NCBI GenBank assembly: GCA_000442015.1
Contig: KE561071.1
Span: 124,001 to 166,751 of the forward strand
Reading direction: 5' to 3'
From: Rozella allomycis CSF55
Lineage: Eukaryota
Length of the DNA stretch: 42,751 bases
Part shown: positions 1 through 10,733 of the stretch, one piece after another
How the letters are laid out: each line of letters begins with the position of its first letter
How positions within the stretch are numbered: position 1 is the stretch's first letter
The notes under the pieces: model-generated
Told to the model about the DNA's origin: nothing
The model's input: only the letters and a program-made list of their open reading frames with translations
The model's database searches: none
Made by a program: the position numbers and the translations under genes

Positions 1-2264
1 GCAATAGTTTGTAACGTTTCCTTATAGCATTTCTTATGATGGTAGTATATGGTTCACCGAACAGCCAAGGTTCTCTTCTTTTAGTGTCAATGTGAGCGTG
101 CGCTCTAAAAAACGGTTGGAATGCACCAAATTGATACCACCGCGCCAAAAGTTCAGGTTCAGTGTTACCGAAAAAGCCACCAACGTCAGCTAATTTTTAT
201 GGTAATTTAAATAAATACCTCCAGCAAATGGTAAACCAGCCAATGAAATTGATAAAAGCATTGGGATAGAAGCTTTTAAATGGGACCACTCAGCCATGTT
301 GTCACCTGTCCAGATGGCACCATACCTATTTGACCCAGCAAAGAATGCTCTAGAAAGAACAAAAGGACGTTCATTATTTCTAGCTGATAAACCTTCAGCA
401 GTTGAGCGTTGCTATTCATTTAATATAAATTGAAATACTTGAAGTAGACCATAAATGTTGTGAACATCTCGATGCTCTACACCTTCATGATGTATATTAT
501 CTTTTGGCATTGTAATTTCTGGACCAGAAAAGACACTTTTATTGTTTTATCATTATTGTTTACCTAACTTCATTCATGTCATTCCAAATATACAAATTCT
601 TTGTAGATCCCTGATAATTCTCCAATGAGAGTTTCTCTTTCCAGAATTCTCTTGCCTTTGGATTCAAAAAGTCAATCCAGTTTGAATTTCCTTTAAATCT
701 TTAAACCCATTTCAATACCTGGCCAACACCAACCTTCAAAATCCTTTAGATTTTTATCCTTTACGAATAAACTTAATGAAGAAGCTTCTTTGCTTAAAAA
801 GTATCCATCATCCTTTTTAATGTGAGGATCTACAATTGTGACCATCAAACTTTAAATTTAATTCAATTTATTACTTTCCTTCCTTTGGCTGACAATTTAT
901 CTTGCATTTCAATTGGGTTTGGAAACTTTTGTTTATCCCACGTTAAATATCTCTTTCCATCTGTGTGTTCAATATCCAACCTTTTAAACATTCATTTCTT
1001 TAGTACCAAAGAACGTCGTATGGAATATCAAATAGATCAAAATTCTTGTCAACTGTTTCTACATCCTTTTGGTCATTGTAATTCCATCTACATTGATGAT
1101 ACGCTAATGAAAAGAGTGGGGGAAGAATTGTTGTGCCAATCACAGTCGAGTATTGCTTATAAACATCCCGAATATTCGGACCAGGGAATATGAATAGATC
1201 TAAAATTCCAGATTCACTCATCTATTCTATTTCAATCATTTAATGTACCCAATGTGTTTGAACAGCATTAGATTCTTTATATTCCACATCAATCCACGTT
1301 TCAGATGGATTTGTCCATAAAATTCCACTGGATTGACCACCCTGAGACAACATGAATGGAATGGACCCATAAAGTGAAGCAGGACTATCAAGCTCATATT
1401 CAAACACATCCAAATTATACAACCGATAAGGTTCATTATACCCCTCGTTGCTATTTTTTCTGCTTGAAAATTGATGAAACAAATTACGTAGGTTTCAATC
1501 TTAGAGATGATGCATGTTCAGGAATTCCGAAAACATTCAATGATCCAACAAATGTTAAATCCATTCCAATTGATTGGTTTCCTTTATCAAAGGCGTAATC
1601 CTTCTTTACCTTTTGGCTGTGTATCTTCTTTTCCTTTAAATATTTCTGGTGATGCAACATCCGAATTTTCTAAATTCAATAAATTATTTTCATTCAAAAG
1701 CAATATATCTTTTTCCTTGTATTTAATAGTCATTTTCAAGGGTGATTGCTGAATATCAACCTTTGCATCTACAAACACCACATTACTTTAATATCATTGT
1801 AAGAAATAACATTTTCATTGTAATNAAAATATCCATTTCCTTGTATTTAATAGTCATTTTCAAGGGTGATTGTTGAATATCAACCTTTGCATCTACAGGT
1901 ACCACATTACTTTAATATCATTGTAAGAAATAACATTTTCATTGTAATATCCAGCTGCATTGATGTTACTCTTCAACAAAACATAGTCTTTTGGTATTTC
2001 ATATCTCTCAGGCCTGCCAATTTTAACACGCACAGTCCCTTCCTCCAAAATACTCACTTTTAATTTCCAATGATCTTTATTCATGTCTTGGACAATATCT
2101 GCACTCAAAATTTTATTGTTCCAATTTATATTTTCAAGCTTGTATAAATTAGCAGGTTCGAATGAACGTTGTCTCTTGCAGAAACCACTTTGTTCACAGG
2201 TTTTAAAATCTTCTTGTTTGAATCCCATTACTAGGCCCAAGTATAGTAAAATGGGCAAAATCAT
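1..2264 (-). CDS. ROT2: Glucosidase II alpha subunit (GH31; ROT2/GANAB-like), multi-intron, 3' end runs off the window
   Basis: Signal peptide followed by [41 protein letters not shown]; the catalytic WNDMNE motif near 570-590; FAGADVGGF restored by removing a 29-nt intron (190-218). An assembly duplication interrupts it at about 1712-1948. Confidence 0.93.
1712..1948. repeat. Near-identical ~113-bp duplication across a single N (probable haplotype/assembly overlap)
   Basis: 1712-1824 recurs at 1836-1948 with a few substitutions (ttgctg/ttgttg, acaaacacc/acaggtacc). N at 1825. Confidence 0.85.
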
Positions 2265-2326
2265 TATAATTTGGACCAGGGATGGGCAATAGTGAAAAAG
2301 TTGTCAATTAAAGGAAGAGTAAAAAA

Positions 2327-2569
2327 TTAAGGGTTGACATTAGATTTCTGATTTAGAACATGTCGAGTCAAATAATTGAAAGGAATATAGATTTTTAATC
2401 AAAAACAAATTTCTACCACGGTACCATGGAGAGCGAATCAGATGAATCTCAACGGTCACTTNTTAAGGTTTGACATTCAAATAATTGTAAGGAATAGAGA
2501 TCTTTAATCAAAAACAAATATCTACCAGGGTACCATGGAGAGCGAATCAGATGAATCTCAACGGTCACT
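2327..2569. repeat. Duplicated SulP promoter and start across a single N (probable haplotype/assembly overlap)
   Basis: 2327-2461 versus 2463-2569. Both end in ccATGgagagcgaatcagatgaatctcaacggtcactt. They differ by a 27-bp indel and several SNPs. N at 2462. Confidence 0.85.
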
Positions 2570-4546
2570 TTTAATGTCAGCGGAAGCTGAGAGAGTAAAC
2601 GGGCTTGAAGAAATATTTGAAGCCAGTAATGAAGATATTCATTTCAGACCAACATCAAATCCGAGTTTATTTCGCAGAAGACTCAAATATTACTTTCCAA
2701 TTTTGAGTTGGATACCAAAGTACCAGTTGAGCGATTTATTTCACGACGTTGTTGCGGGAATCTCTGTAGCTTTTCTATTAATTCCACAATCGCTGTCGTA
2801 TTCATCTACATTGGCGAATCTGCCGCCAATGATTGGAATGACCACGGCTCTTATTCCGACATTTATATATACATTTTTTGGCACTTCAAGACATCTGTCT
2901 GTGGGACCAGAGGCGTTGATATCATTGTTGACTGGTTCAGCAATAGGTCAATATGTGATTGATGGAGGAGATGATATAATTCAATTTTCCAGTACGTTAA
3001 CTTTTATGGTTGGATGTTTTTCTTTCCTTATGGGGCTTGTCAGACTTGGATTTATAGATTCACTTTTATCCAAAGCTGTTCTATGTGGGTTTATAGTTGC
3101 AGTTGGTGTTGTTATAATAATTGAACAACTTCCATACATTTTAGGCTTAACTTTTAGCTTGGAGAAACATGAATTGACAACAATTGGAAAATTTGTAGAT
3201 GTCGTGACAAGGATTGATCAATCGTTTTACGTTGCAATAATTTATTCAATCGTTTCAATTGTTTCATTAATTCTTTTTAACAAGTATTCAAAAGGGAAAT
3301 TTAAACATTTTCCATTTATGATAATTTTAGTTACATTTTCTACTTTGATTTCTTTTCTTTTTAGACTTGATAAATTGGGATTGGGAATTTTAGGATCTGT
3401 TGAAGCCAAATGGTTGGCACCATCTTTGCCTATAAAGGGATTAGATAGAAATTCAATTAAACACGCGATGTCTTCATCTTTGTTAATTTCAATAATAGGA
3501 TTTGTTGAATCAATAGCCGCGGGAAAAAGATTTGCACAGAAAAATCATTATGCAATCTCTGCCAATAGAGAATTAGTGGCAATGGGAATTATGAACATTG
3601 TTGGATCTTTTTTTCACACTTACCCATCGTTTGGATCTTTGTCTAGAACAGTCGTTAATGAAAACGCAAAAAGCCAACTTTCTGGATTTATCTCTTCAGT
3701 AATCATTTTATTCACAACTTTATTCTTTCTCCCTTTGTTTAAATACCTCCCAAGGGCTACAATGAGCTCAGTCATTTTTGTAGCTGCTTTAAAATTATTT
3801 GAATTCGAGCCTCTAAACTTCATTTGGCAGATTAAAGCGTATAAAGAACTTTGCATGTTTCTTGGCACCTTTTTAATAACGTTATTTATCTCTGTAGAGG
3901 CAGGAGTCATCGTTGCTGTTTGCGTTTCAATTGTTTTGGTCATAAAGCATTCGACTTACCCCAGATTTATTCTTATGGGACAAATAAAGAGAGATGACCC
4001 ATCACAGCCAACTCAGAATATTCAAAATCACAAATTCAAACCGATCAGCGAATATCCCTACGCAGAAAGAGTTGAAAAAGTTTTAATTGTGAGTTTTCAT
4101 GAACCATTGTTCTTTGGTAACACTGGCCAGCTACAAGATAGACTTCGGAGACTTGAAGAATTGGGCGATTTGAATTTACATCCAAGTGACCCTTCTCAAT
4201 TAAGTACTTTTATTTCTTCATTTTTATTATAGGAGAGCCAATTGAACACGTCATTTTTGATATAGAAAATTTAACCAGCATTGATGCATCTGCAACTCAC
4301 GTTCTTTTAGATATCATTAAAGATTACAAGCGAAGAAACATCGGCATTCACTTTGTGAAATGTAGAAACACAATCAAACCCATATTCTTGCGGGCAGGAA
4401 TAATGACAATCGTTGGAACACATTGTTTCTTTAGAAAAATCGCAGAGGCGTTACGCTACATTGATGAAACAGATGCTGAAAACGGTAATGGAATTTCGAG
4501 AAAATCCTTTGGCGCCACAAGTTATTCGACTTATCGCGATTTGTAA
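2535..4546 (+). CDS. SulP/SLC26 sulfate/anion transporter with C-terminal STAS domain
   Basis: DVVAGISVAFLLIPQSLSYS, FFGTSRHLSVGP, NRELVAMG and GSLSRT motifs. A 29-nt intron (4204-4232) restores the STAS region (EPLFFGNTGQL...HVIFDIENLTSIDASA). Confidence 0.93.
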
Positions 4547-4582
4547 ATTTAACAATAAACGCATTTAAAGTTTTATTCTTTA

Positions 4583-6346
4583 TTAATCACTATCATCATC
4601 CGATGACCAATAAGAATTCGATGATCGGTCATCTGAAGAATTATCAGATGCACTAGAGTCATTATCTGAATAGCTTCCTTCAGAGCTTTGGTCAGAACAA
4701 TCAGAGGCAGAGCTACGATCATAATCACCGCAGTATTCCACTGAAGAATCATCACTGGAAGTGTCATAACGGGAATATTTTTTTCTGGAAGAATTGTCAT
4801 CTGACGAGTCGTCATCTGAAGAATCATTGGAATTTCGGGAAGATTCGCTATCATTAGACGAATCATAATTATTCGAGGAAGCATCAGAATTAGAAGAATT
4901 ATCACTCGAAGTGTCATAACGTGAATATTTTTTCCTCGAAGAACCATCATCTGAAGAGTCATCAATTGAAGAATCATTGGAATTTCGGGAAGAATCGCTG
5001 TCATTAGAAGAAGCATAGTTGTTCGAGGAAGCATCAGAATTAGAAGAATTATCACTCGAAGTGTCATAACGTGAATATTTTTTCGAGCGATGCGAAGAAG
5101 CGCTATCATTAGAGGAATCATTACTATCAGAGGAATCACCTGACTTAGAAGAATCCCCCGGGGAGTTGTTGAAGCCTTTATTTACACCTTTAGACGAATA
5201 TTTAAAAGAAAAGGCCCTACTTACTATTCTTTCAGAATCTGATTCTGGATATTTACCAATGTTTTCACAATCAAATTCAATTTTAGATGGCGTCTTTGTA
5301 GGGTTCTCTCTACGTTCTCTTTCTTCCTTCAGGACATTGCGCCAGTAGCTGCCTTGAAATGATTCCATGCAAACATTGCAAAAGATGGTTTTAAACCTGT
5401 TGTAAACATCCTCAACTCCCCACTTTTCAACTGCTACTTTTGTAACTTTATCAGTGCCCCAAACAGGAATGTCAAAATACGTCCTATATGGGGACTGAGG
5501 AGCCATAATATCGTAATGGATAGACTTGTCCGCTTTATGGCTTTTGTAAAGAAAAATAGGCTTTCCCCAAGTAGGATAGGGCTGAAATATAGGTAAATCG
5601 AAAGCATAACCGTTTGAATTGTCGAATATTGTGATTATCGGTCTATTGATAATACTTGCGACTATCCAAGCGGATAAAGTATTATCGAATCTTTCACTTG
5701 AATCTTCATTTAAACCAATTTTCTCAACGGTGGCAATGTACAGGTCAGACTTTGTAAAAGCACTAACTTGATGATAATTCCTTTTTAAAGCTTCGTTAAA
5801 GGAAATCGACATGAAAGCCTTGTATAAATCTTCTGTACCAGTGAAAATCTTTGACAATGACTTCCAGGCAGAACGGCCTTCTGTGACTGTAACAATCTTG
5901 AATGTTGAAGCCCAATCGATGCAATCATTGAATGAATTATAAATTTCTGGGGAATCACTTGAAGATTTTTCGGCACAAAATTGACCAGAAAAGTATTTTG
6001 CTGTTGTCTGCGGAAAGTTTATATGCTTCATAATGCGAATATAGTCGTGATGACCTATGTGTTCGTAAGGATCAAACTGCCTTATGGTTTTGAGTGGGAC
6101 AGTCTTTTTGGAGGCTTCATATGCATAATTTAATGTTAGCTTTGTCGATTTGTAAGCAAATTTAAAGATGATGGTCAATAATAAATAAGTGTACTGGAGC
6201 AACAAAGACGCAGTCTTTAACACAATAGGAGAAATAGAGGGGCTGGATCTATCACTTTCAAATTCAAACTCCATGTAATATTCTCTCGCCGGAAGTCCTA
6301 TCACAGCAACCGCTAGTATGGCTAGCAGCAAGACAAAAATTTTCAT
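4583..6346 (-). CDS. Putative secreted OTU-like protein (catalytic Cys replaced by Ser) with Ser/Asp-rich repeat tail
   Basis: Intronless 587-aa ORF with signal peptide MKIFVLLLAILAVAVIG. EGRSAWKSLSKIFTGTEDLY resembles OTU DGNCLFRALS..LYG.E..H. ASIINRPIITI and PIFLY...IHYD match OTU C-terminal motifs. Paralogous to 6606-8171. Confidence 0.7.
   Translation of the reverse strand: MKIFVLLLAILAVAVIGLPAREYYMEFEFESDRSSPSISPIVLKTASLLLQYTYLLLTIIFKFAYKSTKLTLNYAYEASKKTVPLKTIRQFDPYEHIGHHDYIRIMKHINFPQTTAKYFSGQFCAEKSSSDSPEIYNSFNDCIDWASTFKIVTVTEGRSAWKSLSKIFTGTEDLYKAFMSISFNEALKRNYHQVSAFTKSDLYIATVEKIGLNEDSSERFDNTLSAWIVASIINRPIITIFDNSNGYAFDLPIFQPYPTWGKPIFLYKSHKADKSIHYDIMAPQSPYRTYFDIPVWGTDKVTKVAVEKWGVEDVYNRFKTIFCNVCMESFQGSYWRNVLKEERERRENPTKTPSKIEFDCENIGKYPESDSERIVSRAFSFKYSSKGVNKGFNNSPGDSSKSGDSSDSNDSSNDSASSHRSKKYSRYDTSSDNSSNSDASSNNYASSNDSDSSRNSNDSSIDDSSDDGSSRKKYSRYDTSSDNSSNSDASSNNYDSSNDSESSRNSNDSSDDDSSDDNSSRKKYSRYDTSSDDSSVEYCGDYDRSSASDCSDQSSEGSYSDNDSSASDNSSDDRSSNSYWSSDDDSD
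4745..5085 (-). repeat. 150-bp (50-aa) coding tandem repeat, about 2.3 units, Ser/Asp/Asn-rich with KKYSRYD
   Basis: gaagtgtcataacg recurs at 4758, 4908 and 5058, an exact 150-bp period. Confidence 0.92.
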
Positions 6347-6605
6347 TGTGGCTTGACTCCGTAGATGGCGCTAATCAGTACCAAAATCGTCGTTTGCAAG
6401 CAAATAATTTAATCCCAATTTGATATAATAATTTGAGTTGTAAATGGTAACCTAAAAAAGTATTTTGCTATGTTCTCACAAAATGCTAAGGATCTGGGTG
6501 CGCCACTCCCCAAGGCCCAATGGTGAATGCAACTCACAAAACGCCAATTATATACAGAAAATAAATAATAATATGAAAAAGAAATTTTAAGATGCTAAGA
6601 TTAAT

Positions 6606-8171
6606 TTATTCTTTAAGAATGAGCCATTTGTACTTGTGTCCCATCAATTCGACTTTTGAGGATCGGGAGTTCAAGCCGGTGTTGATTTTGCAGCTAAGAA
6701 TCTTTTCCCAGATAGGAATAACAATATTGATATGATCAACTCCGTAATCACAATTGATAAATTTTAAGGTGGCCTGTTTAACGTCGTCATCGTTAAAGTT
6801 GAACATTCTCTTGTTTTGGAAATAATAATAGTAAGTCAATGCGATAATTGATCTAAATTCTTTCTTGTTTCCATACAATAAAGTAGAAATGGACTTGTAC
6901 AAAGCTTGACCTTCAAAACGACGTTGTTTAGTTCCAAACATTTTATGAAGAGAAAGATCTACAGTTTTGCCAGTGAAACCACGAGAACTTGCAGTGCTTT
7001 TAACTTCTCTCATCATTCTTATCAGATCATCTTCACTGTAATTTGTTCCAAGATAGTTGGATGTATCGTCACGTCTATAGATTTGAACGATTGAATGATC
7101 ACTGCCGCTTGAAGAAGAGGACGAAGCTGATGATCTTCTTGAACCAGGTTGATATGCTGACTCGAATTCAGGAACAGTTTGATATTGAAATTCCGGTTCT
7201 TCCCAATTACGTCCTTCAACAAAATCGGCTACAAATTCACATTTAATATCTTCAAAGTACTTTAAGAGTTTTGGCCCGAATCTTTGGAAAACATAGTTAT
7301 AATTCAAATTGTCACCGTGATACACTCTTAAAGTTGGGATTTTGACTATATCATTAACACTGCCTGATCGTGAAAGGGCAACAAGATGATATTGATAATT
7401 ATTGCCTATTTGCTGTCTATAAAGAAAGATTGGTTTTCTCCAGTTAAGACTCCTAAACACAGGAAGGTCAAAGTTATAATCTTTCTCACCCTCATACAAT
7501 GTGATGATTGGTCTATTAATAACACTAGCAGCTACCTTGGCAGCTAAAGTTCCGTCGAACGGCATACTGTCGCTGTATTTATCAATGGATTTACAAACCT
7601 TTTCATAAATTCTAATATCATCAACGCGTTCATACATTTTTCCAAAGTTTCTAATCAATCCTTCGTTGCACACAATAGCCATAAATTCCTTGTGCTTATT
7701 TTCATCACCCAAATAGATTTTCGCCAAACTTCTCCAAGCTGAATAGTCCACTTTTTCAATTTTGTCAACTCCATATTTGATCAATTCCTTATAGGGCAGG
7801 GCAAGTGAATGTGGGGGAAGAGTAAATTTTCTAACGCCTCTAAAAGAATTAATACCACCAGAAAAGTAATCACCAGTTGATGAAGCATATGGACCATGAC
7901 CTTTGCGAATCTTTTCAAGGACGTCATCATAATCAGCTTGAGACACGTAGTTGGAAGGATTGAAGTACATACGACCTTTGACCATTCTATGAACTTTTTG
8001 GAAGGGGGTCATGATCAGACTAAACATCAACGACATGAAAAAAGCCATAACAGTAGAGAGAGCAGAGTCAGATTGTATCACAGCGCTTGAATTTCTTTGA
8101 GAGCCTCGGTTTGGAGGGGCAGAGAGCACACTGCTGACCGCAACCAAAAGTAGAGCAGAAAAAATTTTCAT
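6606..8171 (-). CDS. Putative secreted protein with two degenerate OTU-like domains; paralog of 4583-6346
   Basis: Intronless 521-aa ORF with signal peptide MKIFSALLLVAVSSVLS. Domain 1: DYSAWRSLAKIYLGDENKHKEF...ASVINRPIITL...FDLPVF...KPIFLY. Domain 2: EGQALYKSISTLLYGNKKEFRSI...WEKILSCKI. Confidence 0.65.
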   Translation of the reverse strand: MKIFSALLLVAVSSVLSAPPNRGSQRNSSAVIQSDSALSTVMAFFMSLMFSLIMTPFQKVHRMVKGRMYFNPSNYVSQADYDDVLEKIRKGHGPYASSTGDYFSGGINSFRGVRKFTLPPHSLALPYKELIKYGVDKIEKVDYSAWRSLAKIYLGDENKHKEFMAIVCNEGLIRNFGKMYERVDDIRIYEKVCKSIDKYSDSMPFDGTLAAKVAASVINRPIITLYEGEKDYNFDLPVFRSLNWRKPIFLYRQQIGNNYQYHLVALSRSGSVNDIVKIPTLRVYHGDNLNYNYVFQRFGPKLLKYFEDIKCEFVADFVEGRNWEEPEFQYQTVPEFESAYQPGSRRSSASSSSSSGSDHSIVQIYRRDDTSNYLGTNYSEDDLIRMMREVKSTASSRGFTGKTVDLSLHKMFGTKQRRFEGQALYKSISTLLYGNKKEFRSIIALTYYYYFQNKRMFNFNDDDVKQATLKFINCDYGVDHINIVIPIWEKILSCKINTGLNSRSSKVELMGHKYKWLILKE

Positions 8172-8604
8172 TGTGGCTTAGTATCCACGAGGGTATGATA
8201 TAAGGAACACGCGAAGGAATGAGAAATCTAGACCAGATGTTATGCAATGATGTTACATATATAATCCAGTTACCTTTTAGAATGACTTTATCTGAATGGA
8301 GCTGTAAAGAAGATTGTAATCGTGGCCAGCGTCATTCGACTCGTTACCCTGGTTTTTACCCAAATGAGAATTATTCAAATAAATATATTTATTATTTTCC
8401 ATCATGTATGATCTACTACTCCCTTTTAAATTTTAATCTTACAGAGAAAGAAATACCTAGCTCTATAAAATATTAACCTTTTTGTACTTTTGGTAGAATA
8501 GTTATAGTGCTCAAATTTCCAACTCTACTTTAAATAGAATGAGATAAACCGACTTTTTAAAATCCACAGTCATTTTCCTATTTGGAAATTCAAGAAACAC
8601 TAAA

Positions 8605-10705
8605 ATGTTTCTTCTACTCGTCTTGGCTCTTTGCATGCTTTTCATAAATGGAAGTTGCTTGTAAATGTAATTTTAACCTACTATAGATTGACGTATGGTC
8701 TTGGTGAAAATTTGCGTTTATACAGAAAAGGCCAGAATTTGCTGTATTCATCAGTAGACTCCTTTGGGAAGATTAATGTTGTAAAGGGGACTTTAGGTAT
8801 TTGTATATTATACGTTTAATTTGATTGGAGAAAAATAAGTGGCAGTCCGATAAGATTTGATATGAGTACCTTTGCAATGCTCGAGGATAAATTGAGGGTG
8901 GAGAGTGATGGAGAATGTTGTGAATTCAATTTTGAAGGATACCTTGTTGAATGTGTGAAAGGAAAATGCTCAAAGCAAAATGAAAAGGTCTCGCCGAATG
9001 ATAATTTTGGGCCTGTTGATAATCTGAAATTGGATCGTGATGACATTAAGCAAGTATTGTTTTAATGTTTCTTTTCCAGGTGATAAAATGTGAAAACGAT
9101 GGAGTTGCAATTGTTTATAAAGATGACGCACTAAAGTATTTTGTTGGAACTGAATTTGTTTGGGAAATGAATGGTTTCCTGAATTTTCCCCAGAAAATCA
9201 GTGTTGTTAATTTTCCCAAAGAGCCAAATGTTATTGAAGATGAAGGTAGTTTTATTAATCTGAAAATTATAGTCCAACCAGAATCATTCATTGAAAACTA
9301 TTTTGAAAGATTGAAATCAATGTTTAAAATAGAAAATTTGATAGAAACTGATAAATTTGGTTTCAGAAAGATGATTGTTGTGCTTACAAGACAAGGTTAC
9401 TTGATTGGCGTAGATTCGTTAACTGGAGAAGTTTTGTGGCAGTCTAAAGAAAAGTTTAAAGATTTCTATTTATCAAAAGTTCACATTCATCCTGAAGTCC
9501 ATGCCATAACGTTAGATAATGTAAATACTTTCCATTTGTTATCAAAAGACTTTGTTTCGTTTTAATTTGTTGAATGGAAGTCAAGAGGAATTGTCGAATG
9601 TATCTTACAGTTCCATTATTAATACAAACAGAGAAACAAAGGATCATCATAAGATACATGGGTTTATTAATGACGATAAAGTTTGGTTTTCTGAAAACTA
9701 CATGATGACCCCTGTCAATTATTTTGAATTGAAAGGAAAATCTTTAATTGGAAATGTTATAGTAAATTCCACTGTGAATCAAAAATGGGAAAATATTTAT
9801 CCAAATTCAATAATTAAATCAACCAAAAGGGAGCATGTAGCTGAAATATTGCAAGGAAAAGTATTAGGTGATAGAACTACGTTGTTTAAATACACAAATC
9901 CTAATATGATTGCAGTTCTAACAAAAGGAAATCTTAATGATGACCATGCAGTTTCCATAGTAGACACTAAATGGGGAAGAATATTAACCCGAATCAATAT
10001 TAAAGATTCCAAAGGGCCATTTCATTTAAATTTTCTAGAAAACAAGCTAATAATAATCTATTCTGGAGTTAAATCTAAACGAACACATCTAGTCGCAGTA
10101 GACTTTTATGATTCTTGTGACAGTGATAAAGGATATCAGTAAAGACAGTAAAATTGCTATTATAGACAAAATTATACCATTGATTCAAAGATTTGTAGTT
10201 TTGATTTAAGTTTTATTCTTCCTGTTGATGTCAAGGCAGTTGGACACACAAACACACTGCAAGGAATCTCTACTAGACATTTTCTTGTTCTATCAGAAAA
10301 TGGAGATTTATTTAGTATTTCAAAGAATGTTTTGGATGCTAGACGACCTCTTCATAAACCGAATCATTTAGAGTCTGAAGAAGGCCTCTTTCAATATGCG
10401 CCCCTAATTAAACTGGAAGAGAAAAATATCATAAACAAAAACTCGCCTGTAATCATTAATTTTTGTTTTAAAAGATTGATGCTAATGAGATTAAAAGTTT
10501 TCCTACCGATTTAGAATCCACTACAGTCATTTTATGTACAGGTAGAGATTTTTACATGACTACTTGGTCTTCTCAACAATTTGATCGTTTATCAGAATCT
10601 TTTCAGAAAGGCCTACTTCTATCAGCCCTATTGACCCTTTCTGTTATCGCGATTATAGCTCAAAGGTCTCACAAGAAGAAAGTCTTTAAAAATTATTGGA
10701 AATAA
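8605..10705 (+). CDS. EMC1: ER membrane protein complex subunit 1, multi-intron
   Basis: Signal peptide at ATG 8605; FGFRKMIVVLTRQGYLIGVDS; GKVLGDRTTLFKYTNPN; LDARRP...EEGLFQYAP; LESTTV...FDRLSESFQK plus a C-terminal TM ending NYWK*. Internal exon boundaries are approximate. Confidence 0.88.
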
Positions 10706-10733
10706 ATTACATAAATATTTATCATTTTATTCA

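Noticed and set aside
4745-5085. Regular repeats as a possible CRISPR array
   Set aside because: These are in-frame coding tandem repeats without unique spacers, in a eukaryotic context with no cas genes.
4573-5139. 188-aa Met/Ile/Leu-rich ORF that looks like a membrane protein
   Set aside because: It is an alternative frame of the Ser/Asp repeat in the 587-aa gene.
8219-8476. 85-aa ORF between the OTU-like gene and EMC1
   Set aside because: No motif or homology is evident, so it is likely a chance ORF in a divergent promoter region.
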